A stretch of 64,000 nt of DNA from Eledone cirrhosa (lineage: Eukaryota): NCBI GenBank assembly GCA_964016885.1, contig OZ024753.1, forward strand, positions 33,046,001 to 33,110,000. The letters are read 5' to 3'. Below are positions 40,745 through 54,600 of this stretch, piece after piece. The notes below the pieces were generated by a model that saw only the letters and a program-made list of their open reading frames with translations, was not told the DNA's origin and ran no database searches. Both the position numbers and the translations under genes were made by a program. Each line of letters opens with the position of its first letter. Positions within the stretch are counted from its first letter, which is position 1.

Positions 40745-40839
40745 ATAATTGCTTCTACTTTTGGCACAAGGCCAGCAATTATCCCAGTGCATTACTAGTG
40801 TTTTACTTTATCGACCCCGTAAGAATGAAAGACAAAGTT
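40745..40839 (-). mobile_element. SINE short-tail subfamily, 5'-truncated
   Basis: ggcacaaggccagcaattatcccagtgcattactag...atcgaccccgtaagaatgaaag. Confidence 0.8.
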
Positions 40840-41840
40840 TATAATGAAATATTCAATGTAAACCTGGAATCAAAATATTATTGATTTATTATATGTTGTT
40901 CGATACTTTATGAATGATTAATCTATTTAGTCCTATAACTATATCTATGCTGAAAACAAAAGTAAATATTACCCATTCGTGTTTCTGGGAATTTTACTAT
41001 CTGCAGACTCCTAATTACAATAGAGTTTCTACTATTTTGACAGATTACAAAGAATATCTGTTGAAATCTCCAGCAAAATAATAACATATAATTAGCTGAA
41101 ATGAAATGCATTATCGTTTGAAATATATTGCGCAATTATTGACAATTGATTCGTAAGTAAGACATCATGGAGAGAATCAAAATTAATAATTCACGGTTGA
41201 GCACCATCGTATAAAATTACTGAAATTTTTCACAAATTGTTGTGACTCTCTCAGACAGAAGGTATATGTCCAATCAGATACGGTTGGTTGCAACGTAGCT
41301 TTAATATCTACACAAGAATCGAATAAAGATATCCATCCAATTATTCAAAATAGGTGTTTCTTACCATCACTAGTAAGATATATTTTGCATTATTATATAC
41401 TAAGCACAGTTACATGTACAAATTTTACACGTCAAAATTTGTTTAATTAAGAAAGCTTTGACGTAAGGTCTTGGCGACATATTCCAGTGAATGCAATAAC
41501 TGATTCAGTGATTATTCAAGTAAGTTTTAAAAACCTCATTAGTAGAAATGTGTTCTATCCTATGTGCATTTGTTATATCATATAAATATGTATGTGTGTA
41601 TATTTGGCAGTATAGTCACCAATGAAGATAACTACTATATTAGTTGATAGCCACAAATAATAATTGAATAATCGGGTAAAGTATCCTTGGAAACAGGAAA
41701 TGCGGACATAGACACCACCAACGCTTGTATGCTAAGGGGCTTCTCGTCGCAAATTAGTATTCGTTTTTCTTTTCTTTATAGAACACGTTTGGTTGGTTTA
41801 CGGAAAAATTTAAACTATAGTCACCAGAATGCAGATACAT

Positions 41841-42248
41841 ATAATTGTTTCTACTGTTGTCACAAGGCCAGCAATTATCCCAGTGTATAACTGGTACTTT
41901 ATTTTATCGACCCCGTAAGGATGAAAGGCAAAGTTAACCTCGGCGGGATTTGAACTCAGAATGGCAAGGCCCGTAACTCTACGCTGTATCGGTAGAGGGT
42001 CTGACACCATGCTTTGCAAAGTATGGCGTCAGACCCTCTACCGATACTGCCAATCCACCGCCCGTTAATAATGGTTTCTACTTGTGGCACAAGGCCAGCA
42101 ATTACCCACTGTATTACTGGTACTTTATTTTATCAACCCCGTAAGGATGAAAGGCAAAGTTAACCTCGGCGGGATTTGAACTCAGAATGGCAAGGGCCGT
42201 AACTCTATGCGTCAAAGCATGGCGTCCGATCCTGTACCGATACTACCA
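41841..42248 (-). mobile_element. tandem pair of SINE short-tail copies (41841-42063, 42068-42248)
   Basis: Two head-to-tail copies; the first carries a 31-bp inverted duplication. Confidence 0.88.
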
Positions 42249-42707
42249 AATGGTATTTGATAATCATCAATAATTTTCCAATACTTCGTAAATTAGACAA
42301 ACCTCGTTTACACTCCTGGCGTAATACTTAATTCTCCGCTCTCCGGGTATACGAGAGATCAGTGGCTCGAATCCCTGTAGGCGCCTCTGTCCACATAGTT
42401 TCGGTCTCGATAAGTACTTTACATGATTTAGTCAAGTACTTTATATGATTTATTCAACTATCATTACACTTATCGACATTATCGACTACAATATCTTAGT
42501 AGTGATGGTATGAAACACCATTACCGGCTCCATTTTCTGAAGCTATCCCAGGGATTTGACAGCCCGGAGATTCATGCTAAAGTGCACAGAGGAATAAAAC
42601 TGCTCCCGCACCTCCACCACTGTCACTGTTAAAGCTCTAGAATTATAAGAAAACCTTATTCTAGATATGTTTCGTGGTTTGGTTCTATCGTTTTAACAGC
42701 CAAACAA

Positions 42708-42832
42708 GTGTGTGTGTGTGCGTGTGCGTGTGCGCGTGTGCGTATGTGCGCATGTGCGTGTGCGCGTGCGTGCGTGTGCGCGTGCGTGCGTGTGCGCGTG
42801 CGTGCGCGTGTGTGTGTGTGTGTGCGCGCACA
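42708..42832. repeat. alternating (TG/CG)n tract
   Basis: Purine-pyrimidine alternation rich in CG, seen directly; Z-DNA potential is inference. Confidence 0.85.
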
Positions 42833-43087
42833 CATATTTATGAATGTATGTGATGTTTACTACAATATTGTCGGAGACCAAGTCTATATTCACAATATTG
42901 GTAAAAGATATCGAAGTGACAGAGTCGTTAGAGTGTCGGATAAAATGCCTTGCGGCATTTGTTTCGGAGCCCTATGATCTGAGTTCAACATCATTATTGG
43001 GATCGATAATTAAAGTAATCAATCTCTATTCTGGAATGGTGGAATTATACATATATTAATATATGTATGTGAGTATGTGTGTGTGTA

Positions 43088-43128
<41 letters not shown>

Positions 43129-43131
43129 TTT

Positions 43132-43730
43132 ATGTCAGGTCACCAGTTGGTGCTACTGGTAAACTGTATCCTAGTACAACCTGTCTCATGGTCGGGTCGT
43201 TGGCAACCCCACCAAGGTTTCTTGGTGAGGAGGGTGACTTTGGACATCCTGCAGGACTAAAAACAAAACCTGTCAAAGGGCAAAGGCGCTCTTAAGAGTA
43301 AATGGCCATCCAAAATCACCGGGAGAGATGACCCCTTAGCCTTTGTCAAGGCAGAATTCTAGGAGAAGGAAAACTCTGATATAACACATGCAACTCTGAT
43401 GGTATCCAATGATGTTGACTTGTTCTTCTTTTTGGTAAATATCATCTTGGTTAAGAGAGTGGGATTGGCTTTGTGCAGTGCCTTTGCTCACTATAAAAGC
43501 TTCACGGCACAGGCATTGCTTTATATCTGGAGATCTCTCTGCACTTGGCGCCACATGGTACCATGGGCCCAGCACTATGTGTCAATAAATTGTCACAAGT
43601 GTAGTGTTTGTACCAGAGTTTTCACGTCTCTGGCTGGACTAAAACGTCACGCTCGTTCAGCGCATCGGTAGGGGTTCTCCTACATGGATATAAAGTAGTG
43701 GCCGTACTCGAAAACGAGTGGCAGCCACCA
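43132..43730 (+). mobile_element. short RTE-related element ending in a C2H2 finger and 3' stem-loop
   Basis: HKCSVCTRVFTSLAGLKRHARSAHR* (43594-43671), stem-loop gtggc..ctcgaaaacgag..gccac (43698-43728), (TA)n on both sides. Confidence 0.6.
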
Positions 43731-45488
43731 TATATATATATATATGACTAGCATGAAAATCGAAATGGTCGGTGTATATTTAATAGAATCGTTTCTATTG
43801 TATCATAGATATCTCATTATATCGATCTCCTTCGTATACAATACAAATTGAAGGGCTGGGAAATTTGATCCGAGTATCCAGGGATAAGGTTGAAAAATAT
43901 TAACTATTTAGTTCAATAATCTACATCACAGTCTCACACACATATTGTTTTTAATGTTTATATATACACGAGGCTAAGCACGTTTCCACAATACTTTTTC
44001 GGTCCTTTTCATACCAGCCGCCTAAATATGTCAGGTTCTACAATAAACAATTGTTTATTTGAAACTGTGTATATTTATTTATATTTTTAAACAAATCTTC
44101 CATCGTAACATTACAAACACCAAGAAATATTCTTTGAAACATTCTGTGAAAACAATTAGTGTCTTTCATAACAAATTGGGTAAAGAAAGAGTTAATAAAA
44201 GAACATTTACTAATGCACTTAAAGTTCCACTTTCTTACAGGAAAACCTGATTGACTTCTAAATTGAAAATGAAATTGACAAATTTAGATTATTCCAACTA
44301 TAGAATTCTTTATACAATTTACACTAAAATTAGAAAATGTAAAATTCTTCCATCTTCAAAATAGAATATTTTGTAAAATCATTTTGAAGGATTTTCAGCA
44401 ATGAAATGATAAAAGAGAACAATTTGCGAACACATCACAGCAGAGATATCTGAATCAACAAACGGGCGTTTGGGTTTGGTGGACGGTGCATTTTACTGCA
44501 TTGACTGTCTGTTAAATCCCTCTACACTTTACTAAAATAAAAAGAACACACAGGGTAATGGTTCCATAAAACACTCTATTCCCAGCAAATCAATCATTTG
44601 TGGTACATTTGATTAAAGGGTTGTTCAACCAGCGGTGAACTGAAGCTAAGCAACAAAGTACTATATAACAACACGAGTGATTTATTTTCATACCATATCA
44701 AATCAGTTTTTTGTTTAGTTCTAGATAGAAGTGATGTATTTGGGATTGAACCCTTTTGTTATAGGTCGTTTTTGATCAGAGTTGCTCCATATCTAAACAC
44801 CAAGTGCACAAATATTAAATGTTTAGTTATCAATAACTGTCAATATATTTCATTTCTACAATCAAATATCTCGAATCATATAGCTACTACTAGATTCAGT
44901 GATTACTGATCGCTAGCGCTTAGGTCGTAGGGGTACCGTCGTGGAACACGGAGCTTCATGAACATTTTAAACATGCTTTGTTCCAGGTTTAATTATTGTT
45001 CACATCCAGAAGAGAGAAAAAGGGAGAGAGGGAATGGGGTCAAGAAAGAATGTGAAAGAGAATAAGGGGAATAAAACCTATAACTTGACTAGATTTGTTG
45101 GTCATTCATCTCACTGGTATCGACAAAAAAAAATTACAAAGTTGACTTCGGCAGTATTTGAACTCAGAAAATAATGCTTCGAAATAAATTTTGCAAGAGT
45201 TTTCGTTAGACGAAAAATTTGTATAGGGTATAAACACTTTAAAATGAGACCGAATCGTTAATAATATTATAGTTGTATAGAGGCGCAGATACAGAGTTAC
45301 CGGGACTTAGCTTCAAATTAGCAATGGTGTAATACGCTTAGACAGAGGCATTGGATTGAAAATACGAAGTTAGTGGCGTGTGTAACACGTGGAAGAGATA
45401 CTGACAAGAACATTCTCATCACAATACACCACTGCTTACTGCTGTTATTGTTTTTGCTGTTGTCGTTGTTGTTGTTGTTGTTCGTGCA

Positions 45489-45825
45489 TGGGAGCAGAAA
45501 TGGCTGAGTTGTTAAGATATTCACGGCGCAATCATGAAGAGCCGAGTTCGATCTCACAAGGTGGCATCTGAAGTAAATGTTCCACCGTAGCTTCAAGTTG
45601 ATCAGAACCTTGCATGTGAAATTGGGGAGACGGAAACGAATACAAGACCGTCAGAGCGATTGTTCATTTAATTGAAATATCTAGCCTTGTCATCCTGATT
45701 CCTCTTGAGAACCACTCTAAGTGTTAATGTGTTTGTGGAAGAGTCAGCTATATACACGTTGATTCATGAGTAGATGGTTCGGTTGATCCGACAACTGAAT
45801 GCTCATCGACGAAGACGACGGAGGA
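45489..45825 (+). mobile_element. degenerate tRNA-derived SINE
   Basis: A-box tggctgagttg, B-box gagttcgatct; 3' boundary approximate. Confidence 0.5.
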
Positions 45826-46727
45826 TATATCTCATGAATAATTGTTAATGTGCGAACTAAAATTGGCTATTCTTTGCAGCAAACCTTTATCCACTTCATA
45901 AATATAACTGAATTCTTACTATATAACTCAACCAGACTTTTGACATTTAACTATCGATGATAGTTTGACAAATCTCATAGGTAACGATGTTAAAGGATAT
46001 CAATACTATAATCAACTTATCTACAGTGATCATTATGTATTAAAGCATATCTACACTTACTTAGTTTCATATAGAATTGAAAAGCAAATAGTAATCCCAT
46101 GAGTGGATGTTTTGTTTGGAGGCATTAATGATTTATTTCAATATATTTATAATAGAAAATCTCTAATGTACATCACATATGATAACTCCATTATACACCG
46201 TATATAAAATGAATATCTTTATTTCATATGAGATATACTATGTGTTAAACACACATCAACACACACATTATATATATATATATATATATATATTAGTAAA
46301 CGGAATAGAAAATGCTGACAAATTGTTCACAGTTGAAACATGGTTTAATTAGGAATAAAAGAGTATTAGTGATTGTATGGGTTAGTATTCAGTTGTGGTT
46401 TTAAGTTTTTAAGTTTTTACCGGTTGCGCATTTCTAAATGCTTTTCAAAAATAATTTTGAGATAGAGTGTCCGTGCTGTTTGCTCTGTCTGATTAGTTTT
46501 GGGAATTCTACCTGTTTTTATGTTAAAAAAGTGGCTCCAATTTGCAAAAGTTCTTGTGGTCAAAACAATTTTGATTGGTCGGTAGGGGTCATATGAATAA
46601 AAAATTGGTTTTGCGCCAAGATTGAGAAATGACTATCACAACAAATATGTGTGTGTGTGTGTGTGTAGTAGTAAGGTGTTCGATGTTGTGATAATGGTTA
46701 GCAGCGATGTGTGTCAAATGGCTATTA

Positions 46728-46875
<148 letters not shown>

Positions 46876-47226
46876 GGTGTGTGTGTATATATATATATAT
46901 ATATAGCAGAGTAATTCGTGGTGGCAGGGATGGTCAGTAAGAATGTGTCTGAAAGCAATGGGGGGTATTTTAGCATGTCAAAAGATATTTTTCAGCTTTT
47001 GTCTTATACGGAGAAGCGTGTGTGTGTGTGTATATATAAGTCTCTTTGTATGTTGATGTACGCGTGTGTGTGGGGGGGGGACCAGTATTTTTTCCCCCTG
47101 ATAAAATGGTGTACATTATTCGATTTTTTCAGTAAAATCGGTTCTCTTAATAGAACATCAAAAATCTTAACAAAAAAAGGTGTGAAATGATGTTCACTAT
47201 ATATATATATATACACATACATATAT

Positions 47227-47268
<42 letters not shown>

Positions 47269-47754
47269 TACATACATATATATGCACATATATTTTTTTG
47301 TGTTGCACCATAGAACATGTGTGTTTACGTATGTCATTATGTTTATATGTGGGTAGAGATGTATATATATATACACACATATCACTAAAGGTCATTTAAT
47401 TCATGTTAACCCTTTCAGAGCAACACAATATCGATCCCTTCACCCACAACACACCCTTCGCAATTCTCTTTTAATCACAGTTTTTTTACTACCAAAAGAA
47501 AACATTTGATTCCGATCTGATTTATGCAGAAAATATTTTTTTCTTTTTTTTACATTCATTTTAATCGCCATCGCCAACACAGGTCTGGACTCTTTACATC
47601 CCTCCCTATTTCTCTCTGTGTATTCATATATGTATATAAACTATCATAAAAGTTACCCACTGAATTAACACGGACTTACAAGAACTAATAGAAACGTATA
47701 TTGATAAAATATGTGATTATTAAAATATATCAACCATCAGTGATGTTATTCTCT

Positions 47755-47787
<33 letters not shown>

Positions 47788-47791
<4 letters not shown>

Positions 47792-47979
47792 GAAAATGTA
47801 TGAACACGACGGCAGAGCTCAAGCCGTTCTGACGGCTATTTCTGGACTGAAATAGCCGTCGAAACGGCTTGAGCTCTGCCGTCGGGGGCATACATTTTCC
47901 TATTACCCACTTTACTACCCTAAGTATTGAGTACTCTGGTGCGTTATGGTCCATCTGGTTCCTTACCACAACTCCTTCG

Positions 47980-47981
<2 letters not shown>
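47788..47981 (+). mobile_element. short retro-insertion with 55-bp fold-back and hammerhead 3' half, in (TA)n
   Basis: Arms 47788-47842 and 47849-47903 (50/55 Watson-Crick), loop tggact; right arm contains GAAA-cggc..gccg-TC; 3' end shared with 30170-30206. Confidence 0.75.
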
Positions 47982-48031
<50 letters not shown>

Positions 48032-48369
48032 CCAAATTAAACACCAATATATAAAAATTTAAAGTAAACTAACAACGACATATAAAATCTCTTACACATA
48101 CATGCATATATTCACACACACACATTCAAACACTCCCCCATAAATGAAGATACTCACACATACATTTACAGCCATTAATCCGATAGAAAGACCAGTGCTG
48201 ATATGGGTCTGACATTTCTCTAGCTTTCACAGTTCACAGTAAGAAATTAGATCGTTTTCTCCCGGTATCGGAGGAACCATAACAAATATCTAAAATATAT
48301 ACAGTTATTCATACACATATATGTATATTATACACACACACTCTCTCTCTCTCTCTGTCTCACACACAC

Positions 48370-48404
<35 letters not shown>

Positions 48405-49068
48405 ACACATGAATGTACCTAAGTTCAAACCTATATAGCTAAATAGAGAAAAATACATACATACACACAGAGGGAGACTGATAAAATCCCATACACCACT
48501 ATAAAGGTAATCCTTTATATAATTGATATCCAAACACAGTAGCACGTAAATTACAGTAGCTGTCTAAATTCAATTATTTATTTATTTTTGAATGATTATA
48601 ATCACAATTCAATGTTCATTAAAAATAATAAAATAGATTTCATCCTACCAAAGTACATATCAGCTCTCGCCTGAGTCTTATCAATTGATTAAAAACAAAG
48701 AGGAAAACCTAGTTGGGGGCCATTTAAGATAAACTCATTGTATTCGATATCATGACGATGCTACTGCACCACCAACAGTGTATCACACTGTTGGATGTTC
48801 TGGTAAATATTTTCAAGCAGTAAATTTGTTTGAAATGAAAAGAATATATTCAGCTGTAGAATGGCTTCCAGCAAATACTTGGAGAAAATGTAAAGACAAC
48901 TCCAAATATTTTTAAAATAAAACAAAATTATCTGAAGAGTTAGACTGTATGAAAAAGATTCTTAATTCCAATTGCATAAATGCACACAGATACACATGCA
49001 TATATTTTTATATATATATATGCACACACATATATGTATATATATATACATATATGTATGCACACATG

Positions 49069-49100
<32 letters not shown>

Positions 49101-51575
49101 CATATATATGTGCATATAAACATGTACATATGTGTATATATATAAGTGTACATATACAAATGGGTATACATATATATATATATATGAGAGCATATATAGG
49201 CATACATATATACATATATAAATGCATATATATATATATATATATACAAACATACACATATAAATATATATAGTGTGTCTGTATACACATATGCACACGG
49301 ACATATACTAAGGTACAAACAAGTGTAATGCACACAGTACTTAATGAACCTTTAACCGTTTTATATGTGTATTAACGAATGTCGTAGCTGCCGGTGATAC
49401 AAGTGGAGTTGGCTTTTTATTTTATTTCCTTAATTTCATTCCCTTTTATTTTATAATTTCCATTTTATTTTTATTTTTTTCATCAACCACTCCATTCTCT
49501 TTCCAAAGAAGGATATGCACAGCGCTTCTAACTATTTCTCAAGTACCTGCTCCCCTATTAAATAAATAAAAGCCAGTCCAATAAACTATAGAGGATATCA
49601 TGAAGCAGCAATTATAAGAAAACCAACGAGGTTTAAGACAAATGAGATTTATCATTATTATTACTTTTTTTTTCATTTAATTCACCTTCATGTTTTCAGC
49701 AGCGTCGATTTGAAGAAGAGTTTCAAAGAGATAAAGATTAGCAATTTCTATGTATATCAGCTCAGATTCAGACTGGGGAAAAACAAAGACAGCTTCTGAA
49801 CAAAGATATCCTTCCCTCTAGAGTGTATGTATAATACCTATAAATTATATATATATATATTACATACATAATATACACACACACACATACATATTATATA
49901 CATGCATATACATACATACACAAACACATATATACAGACATAACACAAACACTCTATTGCAAGATATTAAATATGTTGTCAATATATTATCTTTTATGTC
50001 TACTCTGAATTACAGTTCTTCTCGCAACGATTTTTCATTCAGTGATTATTGAGCAACAAGGTCTATATTATTGTGTATATTGACTAAAATGAGACCCTGG
50101 GTTGGACACCACTGCGAGCACCCTGAACGAGTGATGTTACCAAAGCCAATGGTTTATCCAAGATTTGTAAGTGGAAAACTGTATAGAAATTCGTCGGATG
50201 AATTAAACCTGGTTCAGATTTGTTACATAATACTTCAGGCTTGGGATATGCGAGTCTGTGGAATACTCTTCCATTTAAATGTTAATTTATGTGTTAAACA
50301 ACTGAATGCTCATCATTGAAATCGATTGACAATCTATTAAACATTGGTTCGTACTTTCTAAATTATTAGCACTATAACGTGTCATACAAATTATTTGTGG
50401 TGGCGGTGGATCAAATGATACAATGCATAACCTCTGAAGGTAGATGTTTTGAGACATTCCACCTTATATGGATCTTCTAGGGAGACTATATGTATCCAGA
50501 TTGAATTGGGCATGGAAGTCGTTCAAGGAACCACAATGTCAGATATCTCACCCTCTATAGGAGCCTATCTCCCAACTTGCGATCCTCAGTGATTATACTT
50601 TCTGACTAAAGAAATATTTATATTATCTCAAATAAATTCTGAATATAATTAATTATATGAATACAGTTTTTGTTTTGAGTGCGTTTGTTATATACATATT
50701 ACAAATTTGATAGAAGTAATTAGAATTACTTGATTAATAAATTACAACATTTCTAGTTGGTTTCTTGCGAGATTAGTTTAGGATCCTGTCGACTATATTC
50801 ACATGAACGATGGAAAACTGTATTGATCTACAAAGAGCAACCATCATTAACGGAAACATCTTACAAGTTGGCTGAAATAATGGAACAACAAGCAATAAAT
50901 GTTACATTTATTTGGCACTAGAGGGCGAAATTTGTTTTGTACTTTAATGCTGACTTCAAATAGTATCACTAAAATAAGTATCAGAAAATTAGTATTCTTT
51001 TAATCGATTGCTGCCTCTCCTACATACAATTGCACCACCAATGTTTATGAATTGGCTTTGAGAAAATTATATCCTAATCGAAGTATTTAAAATACGTTCA
51101 ATAAAATGTGGCAATGTTTACAATGAAGACTGCCGTCCACACATGCTTTGTGTGTGACCCAAGTTCATAGTTCTAACCGAAAAGTTTAGAGGATGTATTC
51201 ATAATTTCAAAGTATCTGAGTAAATTTGCATTTGACGTAAAGCTATTTTGGACCGAGAAAAAAAATCGAAAGCAGCATTTATAATATTCTTTCAAAAGAC
51301 TTTACAAATAGCTCGACATATTTAAATTTTGGTTGAATTTAAAGAATTAAAAATAGCCAGCCAGGTTATGGATTGATTTTTCTACCTCTCTCGTTAGTTA
51401 CTTTCTGTCCTTCCTAAGACATCTTTATCACTTCTTATTCTTATTTTTTTCCACTTATTTATGGAAGGGTTGAGGGAGCAGGACCTTTCAATTCCAAATA
51501 TTTTTGCTAGAATAATTCACACAACAATTTTTATTTTTAACGTTGATAATTTAGTAGCATTATATGGAGAACAAG

Positions 51576-51681
51576 TCCCGCCGAGGTTAACTTTGCCTTT
51601 GATCCTTACGGGGTCAATAAAATAAAGTAGCAGTAATACACTGGGATAATTGCTGGCCTTGTGCCAAAAATAGAAACAATT
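51576..51681 (+). mobile_element. SINE short-tail subfamily, 5'-truncated
   Basis: tcccgccgaggttaactttgcctttgatccttacggggtc...ctgggataattgctggccttgtgcc. Confidence 0.8.
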
Positions 51682-54600
51682 GTATGAAGAACAAGCCGGT
51701 GAATTCTCGCTATCTATTCCTAAATTATGTCTGAATTTCCTTTCTTCAAAATTGAAAAGGGAGTATTTTATAACAATTTGTAGAAACGTTATCAAGCTTT
51801 CTGTATAATTCTTAGGTTAATTCGACTACACATAAAGTTTAATTTGAGTACCAATTTGTTTTGTATGTTCATCACGTTTTCTTATTGAGAAAAAACAGTT
51901 TTATCCATTTTACAAAACGGTAGGGCGAGGACACGTGAGCTTATTTAAACATTAATTATTTTAGTCTATTGAATCAGTGATTGAGAGAACAGTCAAGATG
52001 TATTAAATACTCAAAAAATATCATTCACCATTCCAAACATGTGCTTTATGGAAGCAGATAATAAAGGTAATTATTCAAATTCCGAATCCAAACTATTTGA
52101 CAGAGATATTAATTCAATTTAGCGTGTGTAAGATGTTTAAAGTACTGTAAAATGATACCGAGTGTGAGATTTTAAGGTAATGAGAAAATGTCATAGAAAT
52201 TATTGCATAAAAAAATGGAATCCTTTCAAAAGACGTTTGTTCCTTCAGTTTCTCAAAGCTGAAGAACCTTGTATCTTCTATAGTATCATCTAATATCGAA
52301 ATATGTCTCTTCACTGACTCAGCCACATCGATGCATTCACCATCTTCAGCTACTGTTCGTTCCCCGTCATTCTATCTTCCGAAGACAGTTTCATCATAAT
52401 CAACAATCTACACAATCTACAAAATACGATAGCTGTTTCTTTATAATAAATATTATATTTTTGTTTTTTTGTTATTAAATGTTATTTCCACCATTGGCAT
52501 CTCTCGATATCATGAATGTGATTCCATTTAATTTATCTATGTGTTTTAATATAACTGTGTAAGCCTATATTTGTTTACATAATACAATCGTGGCAAAGGA
52601 GTCATGAAAGTTAGGGCACAGCTAGTCCCAAGACGCTTCATGGTCAGCATGCCTCCTTCCAATGATATCATCATTATTTAATCTTCTCGTTACGTTGGAA
52701 TTTTCTCACTAGGGTGCATGATCAGATGCATCATCTGCCCTGGGAGAAGAAAATCAATATCAAAGATTTTAACGTTTGCTTGACTCTCGTACTGGAGGCG
52801 TTCTTACTTGTGATTCCCCCTACATAGACATCTTATGTTCCTCTTGATGGTATAAAAATAATTCGAGTCGGCTAAACATGTCAGAAAAATCTCATTTAAA
52901 TGACACGGTACTATACAAACAAGACATGTAGCACAATATGATTCTGTGGTCTTTTCGCTTTAGAAAATGACGGAATTGTCACTTATGGAATGTCTTTTAA
53001 TAGGGCTACCGAATCAGTGATGACATTAGGTATGAGAACAGCACCTTAATCAACAGTGTACACAACCATCAGAATCTGTTAACTGTTTGCCCTCAATATA
53101 CTTTATAATATTTTAGAATGAAAGATGTGATGACCACTGTCTGTGATCATAGGTCTTCTCGATCAGAACTGACGAAGGGCTAAGAAACAAGATTTTTAAA
53201 ATATATATTTCGTACAGAAGTTTTCCAAATTTTTCATCTCTTTCAAATTTCGACTTCAACAGCAGCTTTACAAGCTTCTGTCTACTTCTGTCAGACACAG
53301 TAAGATGCAGCTTGCATTATGACGGGAGAACTTATCTCCAGATCACAATGAATAGTTGTCTTTTACCACAAGACATCGGAAATAAAATTGTGTGGAAGCC
53401 CAGTGGTGAGGCTGTTGTTTCTTTTTGTCTTGGTATCTGTTTTCGTATTTAACTACACCGGCTGGAACTTGGATGTATTGATCGGAGTCCATACTTTTGT
53501 AATCATTGAATTGACGCCTCTTACCCTAATATAACTTCTTTTCCTACCAACGATTTTGGAGAGCCAGAGAGGTGTCGTGGACGCTGCACTTCCTTCAATG
53601 ACTAGGTGATAATTACCTGCTAAAAATGCAGCCCCATCTTTATATTCCTCAAAACACTTGCATTACCATAAAACCGAGGAACTCATCACATAATGAAGTT
53701 CTAGACAAAATAAACTGAGAAACAAGATGGAACTGTCACGGTTAAAACGCCTTTGATAGTAGAATGAAATGAAACCACGTGTGATTAAAGTAGAATCGAT
53801 GATCTATACAGTAATTATAACATTTGTAAATCACATTAAAAACTCGGTTGAAAGACAGGCAGGAATTAAACTTCGTATGTCTACCACAAGCACCACCAAG
53901 CTTGAGTTAATATTAACTATCTTATTTTACGAATATTAAAAATACTTGATTTCTTGGACTTTCTGCGTCTCTAGCTGTATATTTTTTATTCATACAATTT
54001 TCCAAGTTACGACTCTAAAGGCCACATTCTGAGGAGAAAAGAAAAATTTATTTTTCGATCAATCTCATTTAATAGAGTGAGCTAGAATGTTATCCATTTC
54101 TTTTCCGAGGTACTGAACGGATTTGCAATGGAAGAGGAGGGTGATGATGATGATGATGATGATGATGAAGTTGGGAAGGTGGGAGAAGGAAGAAAAAAAC
54201 TAAGTAGGAGAAGAAGGAGAAAAAGAAAAGGAAAGAGAAGAAACTACCCGGAAGGATTAAAGCCAAAGTTTGGAGAGAGGGAGGGGATCAACGCCAACAC
54301 GCCTCACGTCAATTAATTCCTATTTCATTGGTGAAAAAAAGAAAGGTGGGGCGGTAAATCTATTTCATTTGGGTTATTTATAATATTTTATTCGTTCATA
54401 TATTTACAGGTTTGTTTATATTTTGTTGTTTCACCGTTTACCTCAGCAACATTTCTTTATTGAACAACTAAGATGGAATTTCATTCAATAATGCACAAAC
54501 AACCTTCGTCAATTCAATAAATATCATCCATGTTTAACATTTAATATCATCAATAAAGCCCCAGCAGTGTCATACTACAATGATACTGCCTTTATATGCA

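Noticed and set aside
48772-48794. 10-bp hairpin ccaacagtgt-atc-acactgttgg
   Set aside because: Short enough to arise by chance in 64 kb, with no supporting context
52585-53600. Highly decayed R4/Dong-like pieces (KTLHGQH; GGRGL-like)
   Set aside because: Isolated short motifs out of expected order, with no continuous frame
54128-54316. Acidic/basic 62-aa ORF (EEEGDDDD...RRRRRKRK)
   Set aside because: Low-complexity (GAT)n and purine-rich tract; no splice or domain support
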